Source: Candidatus Eiseniibacteriota bacterium (GTDB taxonomy: Bacteria; Eisenbacteria; RBG-16-71-46; CAZAMP01). Taken from it: DNA of 64,000 bases. The notes beneath the pieces are model-generated. The model made no database searches and was not told the DNA's origin. It saw only the letters and a list, made by a program, of their open reading frames with translations. The translations under genes were made by a program, and so were the position numbers. Positions within the stretch are counted from its first letter, which is position 1. Each line of letters starts with the position of its first letter. The stretch is taken from NCBI GenBank assembly GCA_965224245.1, contig OZ245046.1, positions 4,576,001 through 4,640,000 of the forward strand, given 5' to 3'. Positions 20,458-28,271 of this stretch are shown here, in pieces.

Positions 20458-21684
20458 ATGACGCTGACCCACGACCCGCACCTCGAGGCGTTCAAATCGG
20501 AGCTCGGGTCCTACCTGAAGCGCCTGCGACTCACGTGGGGCGGCACGCAGGACGCCGCGGCGGCGGGCGCCGGGGTCAGCCAGGGCGAGATCTCGCGCAT
20601 CGAGCGCGGTGACGTGGCCCCGAACCTCACCACGATCGGACGCCTCCTGAACGCGTACGCCGACGGCAATCCCGCGGTCTACTCGGTCTACTTCCAGCAG
20701 ACGATGGCGCTCCTGCACGAGTCGGTCGAGCAGGCCCGGGACTGGACGTGCCCGCGAGACGTCACCACCGAGGCCGAGGCCCGTGAACGAGCCACCGAGG
20801 AGCTCCACGGAGGCAACATCGTCGAGGCACTTCCCTACATCGTGATGGTCAAGATGCACGCCGACGGGCGCCCGCTGCACTCGGCGAACGCCGATCTCCT
20901 GTTCGGCGTCCACATGAGCGATCTCGGCATCTACGAGATGGCCACCCGCTACCTCGACAGCGGCCTGAAGACGCTGACCGACGCCTCGCTCACCGGCGAC
21001 GAGGCCGCGCCCGGTCGCATGCTCCGGCACATGCTGCTCGCGAACAAGGCCGACCTCCAGCGCAAGCGCGGCCTGCTCGACGAGTCCGAGGCGCTGTCGC
21101 GGTTCGTGCTCGGCGACGACTGCGACGAGACGATCCGGCTCTTCGTGCTGAGCGTGCTGGGCCGGATCGAGACCCAGCGCGGCCGGCCCGAGGTCGCGGT
21201 CGACCTCCTGCGCGAGGCGGTCGACGGCCATGCCCGGTGGGGCGACGAGGCCCGCTCGATGGCCGACTGGATCCGCATCTTCCTGGCCGAGGCCCTGAGC
21301 TTGACTCCGGACGGAGGCGACGAGGCACGCGAGCTCCTCGACGAGGTCATCGCCCACTCGGGCCCCGAGCGTGACGGCCGCGACCCGGAGAACTACGCCT
21401 GGGCCAATTTGATTCTCGCCGCGCACTTCGACGACGCCGGCGCGCTGGCCGCCAGCAAGCGCGCGGCCAACCACGAGCGTCTCGGCGAGGTGATCGAGAT
21501 CATCGGCGAGATCGAGGAGTCGGGGGGCCAGGAGCTGCCGCTGCGGGTGGCGCTCTTCCGCTGGCGCGCGATGCGTGCGGTGTTCTGGTCGCTGGTGTGG
21601 ATCCTGATCGGCCTCGCCACGTGGGCCGGTGACGCCGCCGCCAAAGGTCTCGTCAAGATCTACGGCGATGGACTGCGGTACTAG
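20458..21684 (+). CDS. XRE-family HTH regulator with TPR-like helical region and C-terminal hydrophobic tail
   Basis: GAGGAGG RBS; LGSYLKRLR..TQ..A...GVSQGEISRIERG..PNLTTI HTH; helical repeats; tail MRAVFWSLVWILIGLATWAGDAAAKGLVKIYGDGLRY. Confidence 0.8.
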   Translation: MTLTHDPHLEAFKSELGSYLKRLRLTWGGTQDAAAAGAGVSQGEISRIERGDVAPNLTTIGRLLNAYADGNPAVYSVYFQQTMALLHESVEQARDWTCPRDVTTEAEARERATEELHGGNIVEALPYIVMVKMHADGRPLHSANADLLFGVHMSDLGIYEMATRYLDSGLKTLTDASLTGDEAAPGRMLRHMLLANKADLQRKRGLLDESEALSRFVLGDDCDETIRLFVLSVLGRIETQRGRPEVAVDLLREAVDGHARWGDEARSMADWIRIFLAEALSLTPDGGDEARELLDEVIAHSGPERDGRDPENYAWANLILAAHFDDAGALAASKRAANHERLGEVIEIIGEIEESGGQELPLRVALFRWRAMRAVFWSLVWILIGLATWAGDAAAKGLVKIYGDGLRY

Positions 21685-22903
21685 CCGCCGCGCGCTGGCG
21701 ATCGGTGTCGCCGGTCTCGCGCTCCTCGCGCCGGCATCCCCGGCCGATCCGCTGGTGTCGCTCGTGGAGACGGTGCCCGTGGAGACCCCGCTCGGGTTCG
21801 ACGACGTGCCCGACGCCTACGAGGTGTGGCCGGAGATGATCGGCGGCGCCGAGCGACGCATCGACTGGGCGGCGTTCTACGTCTCGGGCGAGACCGGCTC
21901 GCGGCTGGACGTCGTGCTGGACGCGCTGGCCGACGCCGCCGGTCGAGGCGTCGTGGTGCGCGTGATGTCCGAGCGTGGCTTCTTCGACACCTACCCCGAC
22001 GTGCTCGAGTCCCTCGACGCCGTCCCCGGAATCGACGTGCGGCTCATCGACTTCCGCGCGGTCGCGGGCGGTGTGATGCACGCGAAGTACTTCATCGTGG
22101 ACGCGGACGAGGCGTACGTGGGGAGCCAGAACTTCGACTGGCGCGCCATCCAGCACATCGTCGAGATGGGCGTGCGCGTGCGGGTGCCCGAGTACGCCGG
22201 GGCGCTGGGTGCGGTGTACGAGATGGACTGGGCGCGAGCCGAGCCCATCGGTGACGACGAGGAGCGCGCATCGAGCCCGATCGCGGCCCGCCCGGTCGAG
22301 TGGCCGCTGCACTGGGAGACCGACGCCGGCGATCCGGTCACGTTCCGTCCGGCGTTCAGCCCGGAGGGTCACCTCCCGGACGAGGCCACCTGGGATCTCC
22401 CCGAGCTCGTCCGCATCATCGACGGCGCTCGCGGGCGCGTGCACGCGACGATGCTCACGTACAACCCCGCGTCGCGCGACGGCACCTACTTTCCCGACCT
22501 CGACGACGCACTCCGCCGCGCGGCCGTCCGCGGCGTCACCGTGCGCCTCCTGGTGGCCGACTGGGGCAAGCGCGCGTGGACCATCCCGTACCTGAAGAGC
22601 CTGCAGCACGTGCCCAACCTCGAGGTTCGCATGGTCACGATACCCGAAGCCTCGACGGGCTTCGTGCCCTACGCGCGCGTGATTCACTCGAAGTACCTGA
22701 CCGCCGACGGCGAGCGGCTGTGGCTCGGCACGAGCAACTGGGAACGCGGCTACTTTCATGAGAGCCGAAACGTCGGCATCGTGGCCACACATCGCGCGCT
22801 CGCCGATCGCCTCGACCGGAGCTTCCTCCAGCTCTGGGACAGCGCGTACGCCTACCCCGTCGATCCCGCCGTCGAGTACGAGCCTCCAAAAATCCGCGAG
22901 TAG
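21668..22903 (+). CDS. Exported phospholipase D superfamily protein, PLD3/vaccinia K4-like
   Basis: Signal peptide; two HKD motifs HAKYFIVD..GSQNFDWR and HSKYLTAD..GTSNW; SLVETVP. Confidence 0.88.
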   Translation: MDCGTSRRALAIGVAGLALLAPASPADPLVSLVETVPVETPLGFDDVPDAYEVWPEMIGGAERRIDWAAFYVSGETGSRLDVVLDALADAAGRGVVVRVMSERGFFDTYPDVLESLDAVPGIDVRLIDFRAVAGGVMHAKYFIVDADEAYVGSQNFDWRAIQHIVEMGVRVRVPEYAGALGAVYEMDWARAEPIGDDEERASSPIAARPVEWPLHWETDAGDPVTFRPAFSPEGHLPDEATWDLPELVRIIDGARGRVHATMLTYNPASRDGTYFPDLDDALRRAAVRGVTVRLLVADWGKRAWTIPYLKSLQHVPNLEVRMVTIPEASTGFVPYARVIHSKYLTADGERLWLGTSNWERGYFHESRNVGIVATHRALADRLDRSFLQLWDSAYAYPVDPAVEYEPPKIRE

Positions 22904-22928
22904 CCGCGTTTCGTAAAATGAGACGAGG

Positions 22929-22937
22929 TGCTAGACT
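22929..22937 (+). promoter_or_regulatory. Extended -10 element TGCTAGACT upstream of the radical SAM operon
   Basis: Recurrent 9-mer about 40 nt before ATG 22977. Confidence 0.5.
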
Positions 22938-22976
22938 CTCTTCCTCGCCCGGAAAGACGTCGAAAAGGCACCGAGC

Positions 22977-24728
22977 ATGCTGGATCTCATGTCGCTCCGC
23001 GACGCGTCCTCGTTCGACCCCGACCCGTCCGCCGACACGCGTCTCGCGCTCGTTCACCAGGGCTTTCGAAGCGCGTTGATCCATCACGGCCAGGATCGCG
23101 TCCTCGGCTTCTACCCCCGGCTTCCGTCGCTCGGCCTGCTGAACCTCGCACACGCCTTGCGCGCCGACGCGCGCGACGGGCGCGTACCCGCTCGGCTCGA
23201 GTTTCGCTACTTCGAGGAGGAGGACTTCGACGGCGACGACGACCTCGCGCGCGCCGTGGAGGAGTGGCTGGCGGCCACTCCGAGACGCGCCCTCCTGGTG
23301 AGCACCTACACGAAGTCCGCCGAACGCGTGGAGAGGTTCCTCCGGCTGATCGACTTCCGCCGCGTGCTGGTCGTCGTCGGCGGGGCACATGCCACGCTCG
23401 CACCGGAGATGGACGGCGCGCACATTTCGGTCCGAGGCGAGGGACTGACCCCGATGCGCCACATCCTGACCCAGGTGCTCGGCCCCGGATTCGGTGCTGG
23501 AGACGACGCGCGGGGCATCTGCTATCGCGTGGGCGACCAGACGACTCTGTCGCCACCCGCGTTCGACACGTCGATCGCGACCGCCGAGCCTCCTGCGTTC
23601 GCCTACGACCTTCTCGGACGCGACGCGGGTCACGACCCCGCGCGGTTCCACACGCACTGGACCCGCGCAATCGGCGAGCGGCCCCAGATCTACATCTGCA
23701 CCCAGAGCTGTCGCGCCCGGTGCACGTTCTGCGCGACGTACGTGATTCACGGCCACACGGTGGCTCGTCCGGTCGAGCGGATCGCCGAGGATCTCGACAC
23801 CCTGGTCGGCGAGCTCGGTCACGATTGCATCGAATTCCACGACGACGATCTCCTGCAGCACGACGAGTTCGACGCGCTGATGGCGCTGCTCGAGGAGATC
23901 GGCATTCCGTGGTTCTGCTACGGGCGCGTGGACCTGATCACACGCGACGTCGCCCTACGCATGCGCCGCGCCGGATGCCGCCGCATCTTCCTCGGCTGCG
24001 AGGCCATGCGTCAGGACACGCTGGACTACTACCGAAAGGGCACCACGGTCGAGATGAACCGCGCCGCGGTCTCCCACCTCGACACCGCCGGCATCGGCGT
24101 CATCTCGGGGTTCATCATCGGCGCACCGCACGACACGACCGAGTCCATCCTCGACGAGATCGATCGCTTTCTCGATCTTCCCCTGTTCGCCGTTCACGTG
24201 AGCGTGCTGAACCCCGACATCTCGACCGTCGAGTTTCATCGCGCGCGGCGCCGTCAGCCCGAGGACTTCGCGCGTCTGGGCGACCGGCCGGGAAGGGTCC
24301 GGCGGGTCACGCCCAACGTGGAGGCGTTCGGCACCGGAAACCCGTTCGGGTTCCCCAGCGTGTGCGCGTCCGTCACCAAGGCCGAGCTCAACGCACTCCA
24401 GGATCTGGCCACGGTGCAGTTCTATCTGCGCGAGCACGTGTGGCGCCGGCTGTGGCGCGAGCTGCCGCCGGTGGCGCGACCCACGCTCGTGGATCACTAC
24501 CGGTGGGTGCTCGAGTCGGCGGATCAGCTCCTCGAGGCGCCGCCGTCGGCGGCCGTCTCGAGCCGCGTGGCCGCCTGCCTTGCGCACGCTCGCGGCGGGG
24601 ACTGGCTGCCGGACCGGGTCACGAGGCCTGCCGGGGTGACGACCGGCTCCGTGGCGATGCCGATGGGCGCCCGGTCACACCGGTCCGCCGCGTTCCGGGG
24701 CTCCGAACGACGGGGGCTCCGCGCATGA
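22977..24728 (+). CDS. B12-binding-domain radical SAM protein
   Basis: PSLGLLNLA and VVVGGAHAT (cobalamin-binding-domain-like); CxxxCxxC = CRARCTFC; FHDDD, AGCRRIFLGCE, FIIGAPHDT. Confidence 0.85.
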   Translation: MLDLMSLRDASSFDPDPSADTRLALVHQGFRSALIHHGQDRVLGFYPRLPSLGLLNLAHALRADARDGRVPARLEFRYFEEEDFDGDDDLARAVEEWLAATPRRALLVSTYTKSAERVERFLRLIDFRRVLVVVGGAHATLAPEMDGAHISVRGEGLTPMRHILTQVLGPGFGAGDDARGICYRVGDQTTLSPPAFDTSIATAEPPAFAYDLLGRDAGHDPARFHTHWTRAIGERPQIYICTQSCRARCTFCATYVIHGHTVARPVERIAEDLDTLVGELGHDCIEFHDDDLLQHDEFDALMALLEEIGIPWFCYGRVDLITRDVALRMRRAGCRRIFLGCEAMRQDTLDYYRKGTTVEMNRAAVSHLDTAGIGVISGFIIGAPHDTTESILDEIDRFLDLPLFAVHVSVLNPDISTVEFHRARRRQPEDFARLGDRPGRVRRVTPNVEAFGTGNPFGFPSVCASVTKAELNALQDLATVQFYLREHVWRRLWRELPPVARPTLVDHYRWVLESADQLLEAPPSAAVSSRVAACLAHARGGDWLPDRVTRPAGVTTGSVAMPMGARSHRSAAFRGSERRGLRA

Positions 24729-25216
24729 TCCTGACCGGTCCGGAGATCGTCCGCGAACGCGCGGCGGGTCGCATCCGAATATCCCCGTTCGACCCGGCGC
24801 ACGTGAATCCCAACAGCTACAACTACCGCCTCGCCCCGGCGCTGAGGCGGGTGCGATCGGCGGACGACGCCGGCGAGCCGATCGACATCCCCGGGACTGG
24901 GCTCGTGCTGGAGGCGCGCACGCTGTACCTCGGATCCACCGTGGAGACGCTGGGCAGCGAGCGCTACGTGACGTCGCTGATCGGACGCAGCTCGCTGGGA
25001 CGCCTCGGGTTGTTCCTGCAGATCTCGGCGAACATCGGACACCTCGGTGCGGCCCACAAGTGGACGCTCGAGCTCCGCGCGTGCCGGCCGATCCTGGTGT
25101 ACCCGAACATGATCATCGGCCAGGTGACCTTCTGGGAGATCGCCGGCGACCCGATGTCGTACGAGGGCTACTACGGTCGCTTCGATCATCCGACGCCGTG
25201 GAGGGGCCGCACGTGA
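24725..25216 (+). CDS. dCTP deaminase/dUTPase-fold protein, copy A
   Basis: MILTG, PNSYNYRL, GRSSLGRLGL, TLEL, YPNMIIGQVTF; ATGA overlap with the radical SAM gene. Confidence 0.85.
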   Translation: MILTGPEIVRERAAGRIRISPFDPAHVNPNSYNYRLAPALRRVRSADDAGEPIDIPGTGLVLEARTLYLGSTVETLGSERYVTSLIGRSSLGRLGLFLQISANIGHLGAAHKWTLELRACRPILVYPNMIIGQVTFWEIAGDPMSYEGYYGRFDHPTPWRGRT

Positions 25217-25761
25217 TTCTGACCGGTCACGAGATCGAGCGCTGCGTCGCACGGGGTGACATCGTGCTGGACCCGTTCGACCCGGCGCAGATCAATCCCA
25301 ACAGCTACGACCTGCGGCTCGGCCCGACGCTGCTCACCTATCGCGACGAGGTTCTGGATCCTCGCCGGGAGAACGCAACCGACCAGCACGACATTCCTCC
25401 GCAGGGGACCGTGCTGCGAGCCGGCGGCTTTTATCTCGGGGCGTCGGTCGAGCGCATCGGCAGCCGACGCATGGCACCGATCATCCACGCGAAGTCCGGC
25501 ATTGCACGGCTGGGGCTGTTCGTTCACGTGACCGCCGACCTCGTGGACATCGGGTCGATCGGCAACGTCACGTTCCAGCTCCACCCGACGATCGACGTCA
25601 CCGTGTATCCCGGAATGCTGCTGGGGCAGGTCTCGTTCTGGGCCGCGAAAGGCGAGGTGAGGTTGTACGAGGGCAAGTATCAGGGATCGGTGGGACCGCA
25701 GGCGTCGAAGAGCCACCTCCCGGCCGCGAGGTCCACGTCAGGAAGATGCCATGAGCGGTGA
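25213..25761 (+). CDS. dCTP deaminase/dUTPase-fold protein, copy B
   Basis: (M)ILTG, PNSYDLRL, AKSGIARLGLFVHVTA, VDIG, TFQL, YPGMLLGQVSF, KYQG; GTGA overlap. Confidence 0.85.
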   Translation: MILTGHEIERCVARGDIVLDPFDPAQINPNSYDLRLGPTLLTYRDEVLDPRRENATDQHDIPPQGTVLRAGGFYLGASVERIGSRRMAPIIHAKSGIARLGLFVHVTADLVDIGSIGNVTFQLHPTIDVTVYPGMLLGQVSFWAAKGEVRLYEGKYQGSVGPQASKSHLPAARSTSGRCHER

Positions 25762-26494
25762 CGCCGATCGAGATCGCCTGTTCGAAAGCCAGCTCCACCG
25801 CGAGGCGGACTTCGAGTTCGACGAGTCGGTGTCGAGCGTGTTCGATGACATGGTCGTGCGCAGCGTGCCGGATTACGCGCGCATCCAGGAGCTCATCGCG
25901 TCCATCGCGACGGACTTCCTCGGGACCGGATCGGTGGTGGTGGATCTCGGGTGTTCGACCGGACGCACGCTTCGGGCGATCGCAGCACGCGCGATCGAGC
26001 CGACGGTACGGCTCGTCGGCATCGATTCCTCACTTCCGATGCTCGATCGCGCGCGGGCCAACGTGCGGCACGAGCACCCTCACGACGCTCGCTTCGAGTT
26101 CCGTCACGATACGATCAGGGCCGACATGGCGCTCCCGCACGCATCGGTGGTCGTGTTGTGTCTGGTGCTGCAGTTCGTGCGTCCGCCCGAGAGGCTGGGC
26201 GTCGTACGACGGATCCGCGAGGCGCTCTCGTCCGAAGGGTGTCTTCTCCTGTACGAGAAGACCATACATCCCGACCCGCACGTCAACCGGCTGTTCATCG
26301 ATCGGTATCACGAGTTCAAGCGCAGCCAGGGATACACCGATCTCGAGGTCGCGCAGAAGCGTATCGCGCTGGAGAACGTCCTCGTGCCGTACCGGCACGA
26401 GGAGAACGTCGCGCTGCTGGAGGCGGGCGGGTTCTCTCGCGTGGACACGTTCTCGCAGTGGCTCAACTTCGTCGGCTACCTCGCGCGGCCGTGA
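25751..26494 (+). CDS. cmoA: Carboxy-S-adenosyl-L-methionine synthase-like
   Basis: FEFDESVSSVFDDMVVRSVPDY, DLGCSTG, LVLQF, EK, FKRSQGYTDLEVAQKRIALENV (CmoA signature incl. the QKR arginine). Confidence 0.82.
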   Translation: MSGDADRDRLFESQLHREADFEFDESVSSVFDDMVVRSVPDYARIQELIASIATDFLGTGSVVVDLGCSTGRTLRAIAARAIEPTVRLVGIDSSLPMLDRARANVRHEHPHDARFEFRHDTIRADMALPHASVVVLCLVLQFVRPPERLGVVRRIREALSSEGCLLLYEKTIHPDPHVNRLFIDRYHEFKRSQGYTDLEVAQKRIALENVLVPYRHEENVALLEAGGFSRVDTFSQWLNFVGYLARP

Positions 26495-26510
26495 CTCCAC
26501 GGAGGACGCC

Positions 26511-28220
26511 GTGATCGTCGCGGGCATCAACTCGGGGCTCGATGGGGCGCTCGCGCCGGTCCGCGGGGGATCCGCGGCGCTGATCGCCGACGGCGAGATC
26601 CTGGGTGCGGTGGCCGAGGAGCGCATCAGCCGCGAGAAGTGGGCCGGCGGATTCTCGGCCGCCCTTCCCGCGCTCCTCGACGACCACGGGCTCTCGCTCA
26701 CCGACGTGGACGCATTCTATCTGAGCTTCTACGGGAACCCCCCGAGCCCGCGCGACGAGCTCATACGGCTTCACCTCGACGAGCTCGGACTCGGTCGCAC
26801 ACCCGAGAAGCTGGTCACGCTGACGAGTCACCATCGATCCCACGCCGCGCTCGCGTTCTTCCTGTCGCCGTTCGACGAGGCCGCGATCCTGACCGCAGAC
26901 AACGAAGGTACACTCCTTTCGACCGGAGGCGACTTGCATCCCCCCGCGGCGCTTCACTGCGAGCGCAACGGATACTACTGGGCACGGGGCAATCAGATCA
27001 CGCTCCTCTCGCGTGACTTCTCCGACCCCTGGCACCCGGGCTTCGGCAAGATGTACAACAAGTTCACCGAGTACGTCGGCTTCGGCGACTATCACAACGC
27101 CGGCAAGACGATGGGGCTCTCCGGATACGCCGAGGTGCCCGACGCATTCGCCGGGCTCGAGCTGTGGGAGGAGCTACCGAGTGGTGCGCTCGCGTCCCGC
27201 GTCGACGACACCAATGACTGCGAATCCGACCTCCGGGAGTTCTTCGGCCGGCACGGCATCGACATTCCGCCTCCGGGCCGGGGCGACGACTACATGGATC
27301 CCCGTTACTGCCAGATGACCGCGTTCGTCCAGGATCAGCTGTGTCGGTGGGCGGCGCGCCGGTGCGGGCGTCTTCTCGACCAGTGCGGTGCACGAGCGCT
27401 CTGCGTCTCGGGCGGCGTCGGCCTGAACTCCGTGATGAACTCGCACCTCGAGCGAACGCTGGGCGTCCCGGTGTTCGTACCCCCGTTTCCGAGCGACCAG
27501 GGACAGGCGCTGGGCAACGCGATCCACGGGTTCGTCCGCGAGTCGGGTTGGGATCGAAACCCGACGCTCTCACCGCGACGCTTCGGGGACTACTTTTATC
27601 TGGGACCCTCGCACGACGCCGAGTCGATCGCCGCCGCCGCCGAGGACGCTCGCGGCGCGGCCACGCGACCCGACACCGATCGGCTGCTGGAGATCGTGGC
27701 CGATCTCCTCGACGGTGGTGCGGTCGTCGGTTGGTTCCAGGGTCGAAGCGAGTACGGCGCGCGTGCGCTCGGCAATCGAAGCGTGCTGGCCGATCCGCGG
27801 CCGGCCGGGATGCGTGATCGCGTGAACGACCTGAAGGGGCGCGAGCGATTTCGTCCGCTGGCGCCGTCCGTACTCGACCACGCGACCGCCGAGTGGTTCG
27901 AGGGGACCGACTCGCTCCTGTTACCGGGCATGCTGGGCGTGGTACGCGTACGACCCTTCGCGCGGGAACGGGTGGCCGCGATCACGCACGTGGACGGGAC
28001 AGCGCGCGTCCAGACCGTGAGCCGACGCACCAACCCACGTTACTTCGATCTGATCTCCGCCTTTCACCGGCGCACGGGCGTTCCGCTCGTGCTGAACACG
28101 TCCTTCAACGCGGCCGGCGATCCGATCGTGGAGACACCGTCCCAGGCCGTCGCGGCCTATGAGAAAATGCACCTCGACGCGCTCGTGCTCGACGACTGGC
28201 TGATCGTGCGTGCGACGTGA
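26511..28220 (+). CDS. NodU/CmcH/TobZ-family carbamoyltransferase
   Basis: EERISREK, HHRSHA, GKTMGLSGY, SGGVGLN, SDQGQALG, WFQGRSEYGARALGNRS, RPLAPS, HVDGTARVQ, LNTSFN; GGAGG RBS. Confidence 0.92.
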   Translation: MIVAGINSGLDGALAPVRGGSAALIADGEILGAVAEERISREKWAGGFSAALPALLDDHGLSLTDVDAFYLSFYGNPPSPRDELIRLHLDELGLGRTPEKLVTLTSHHRSHAALAFFLSPFDEAAILTADNEGTLLSTGGDLHPPAALHCERNGYYWARGNQITLLSRDFSDPWHPGFGKMYNKFTEYVGFGDYHNAGKTMGLSGYAEVPDAFAGLELWEELPSGALASRVDDTNDCESDLREFFGRHGIDIPPPGRGDDYMDPRYCQMTAFVQDQLCRWAARRCGRLLDQCGARALCVSGGVGLNSVMNSHLERTLGVPVFVPPFPSDQGQALGNAIHGFVRESGWDRNPTLSPRRFGDYFYLGPSHDAESIAAAAEDARGAATRPDTDRLLEIVADLLDGGAVVGWFQGRSEYGARALGNRSVLADPRPAGMRDRVNDLKGRERFRPLAPSVLDHATAEWFEGTDSLLLPGMLGVVRVRPFARERVAAITHVDGTARVQTVSRRTNPRYFDLISAFHRRTGVPLVLNTSFNAAGDPIVETPSQAVAAYEKMHLDALVLDDWLIVRAT

Positions 28221-28271
28221 GCGTGGCATGACGGCGCGCCACCGCAGAGGCCGCGCCGGGAGCAGACGACG

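Noticed and set aside
22928-24724. Long N-terminal extensions in the ORF track for Dcd copy A (from 22928) and the carbamoyltransferase (from 25758)
   Set aside because: These are shadow-frame run-ins over upstream genes; true starts are supported by family N-termini, overlaps and RBS.
24725-25761. Known anti-phage dCTP deaminase (AvcD-type) defence system
   Set aside because: Those enzymes are Zn-dependent CDA-fold proteins with a kinase domain; these are dUTPase-fold proteins without HxE/PCxxC motifs.
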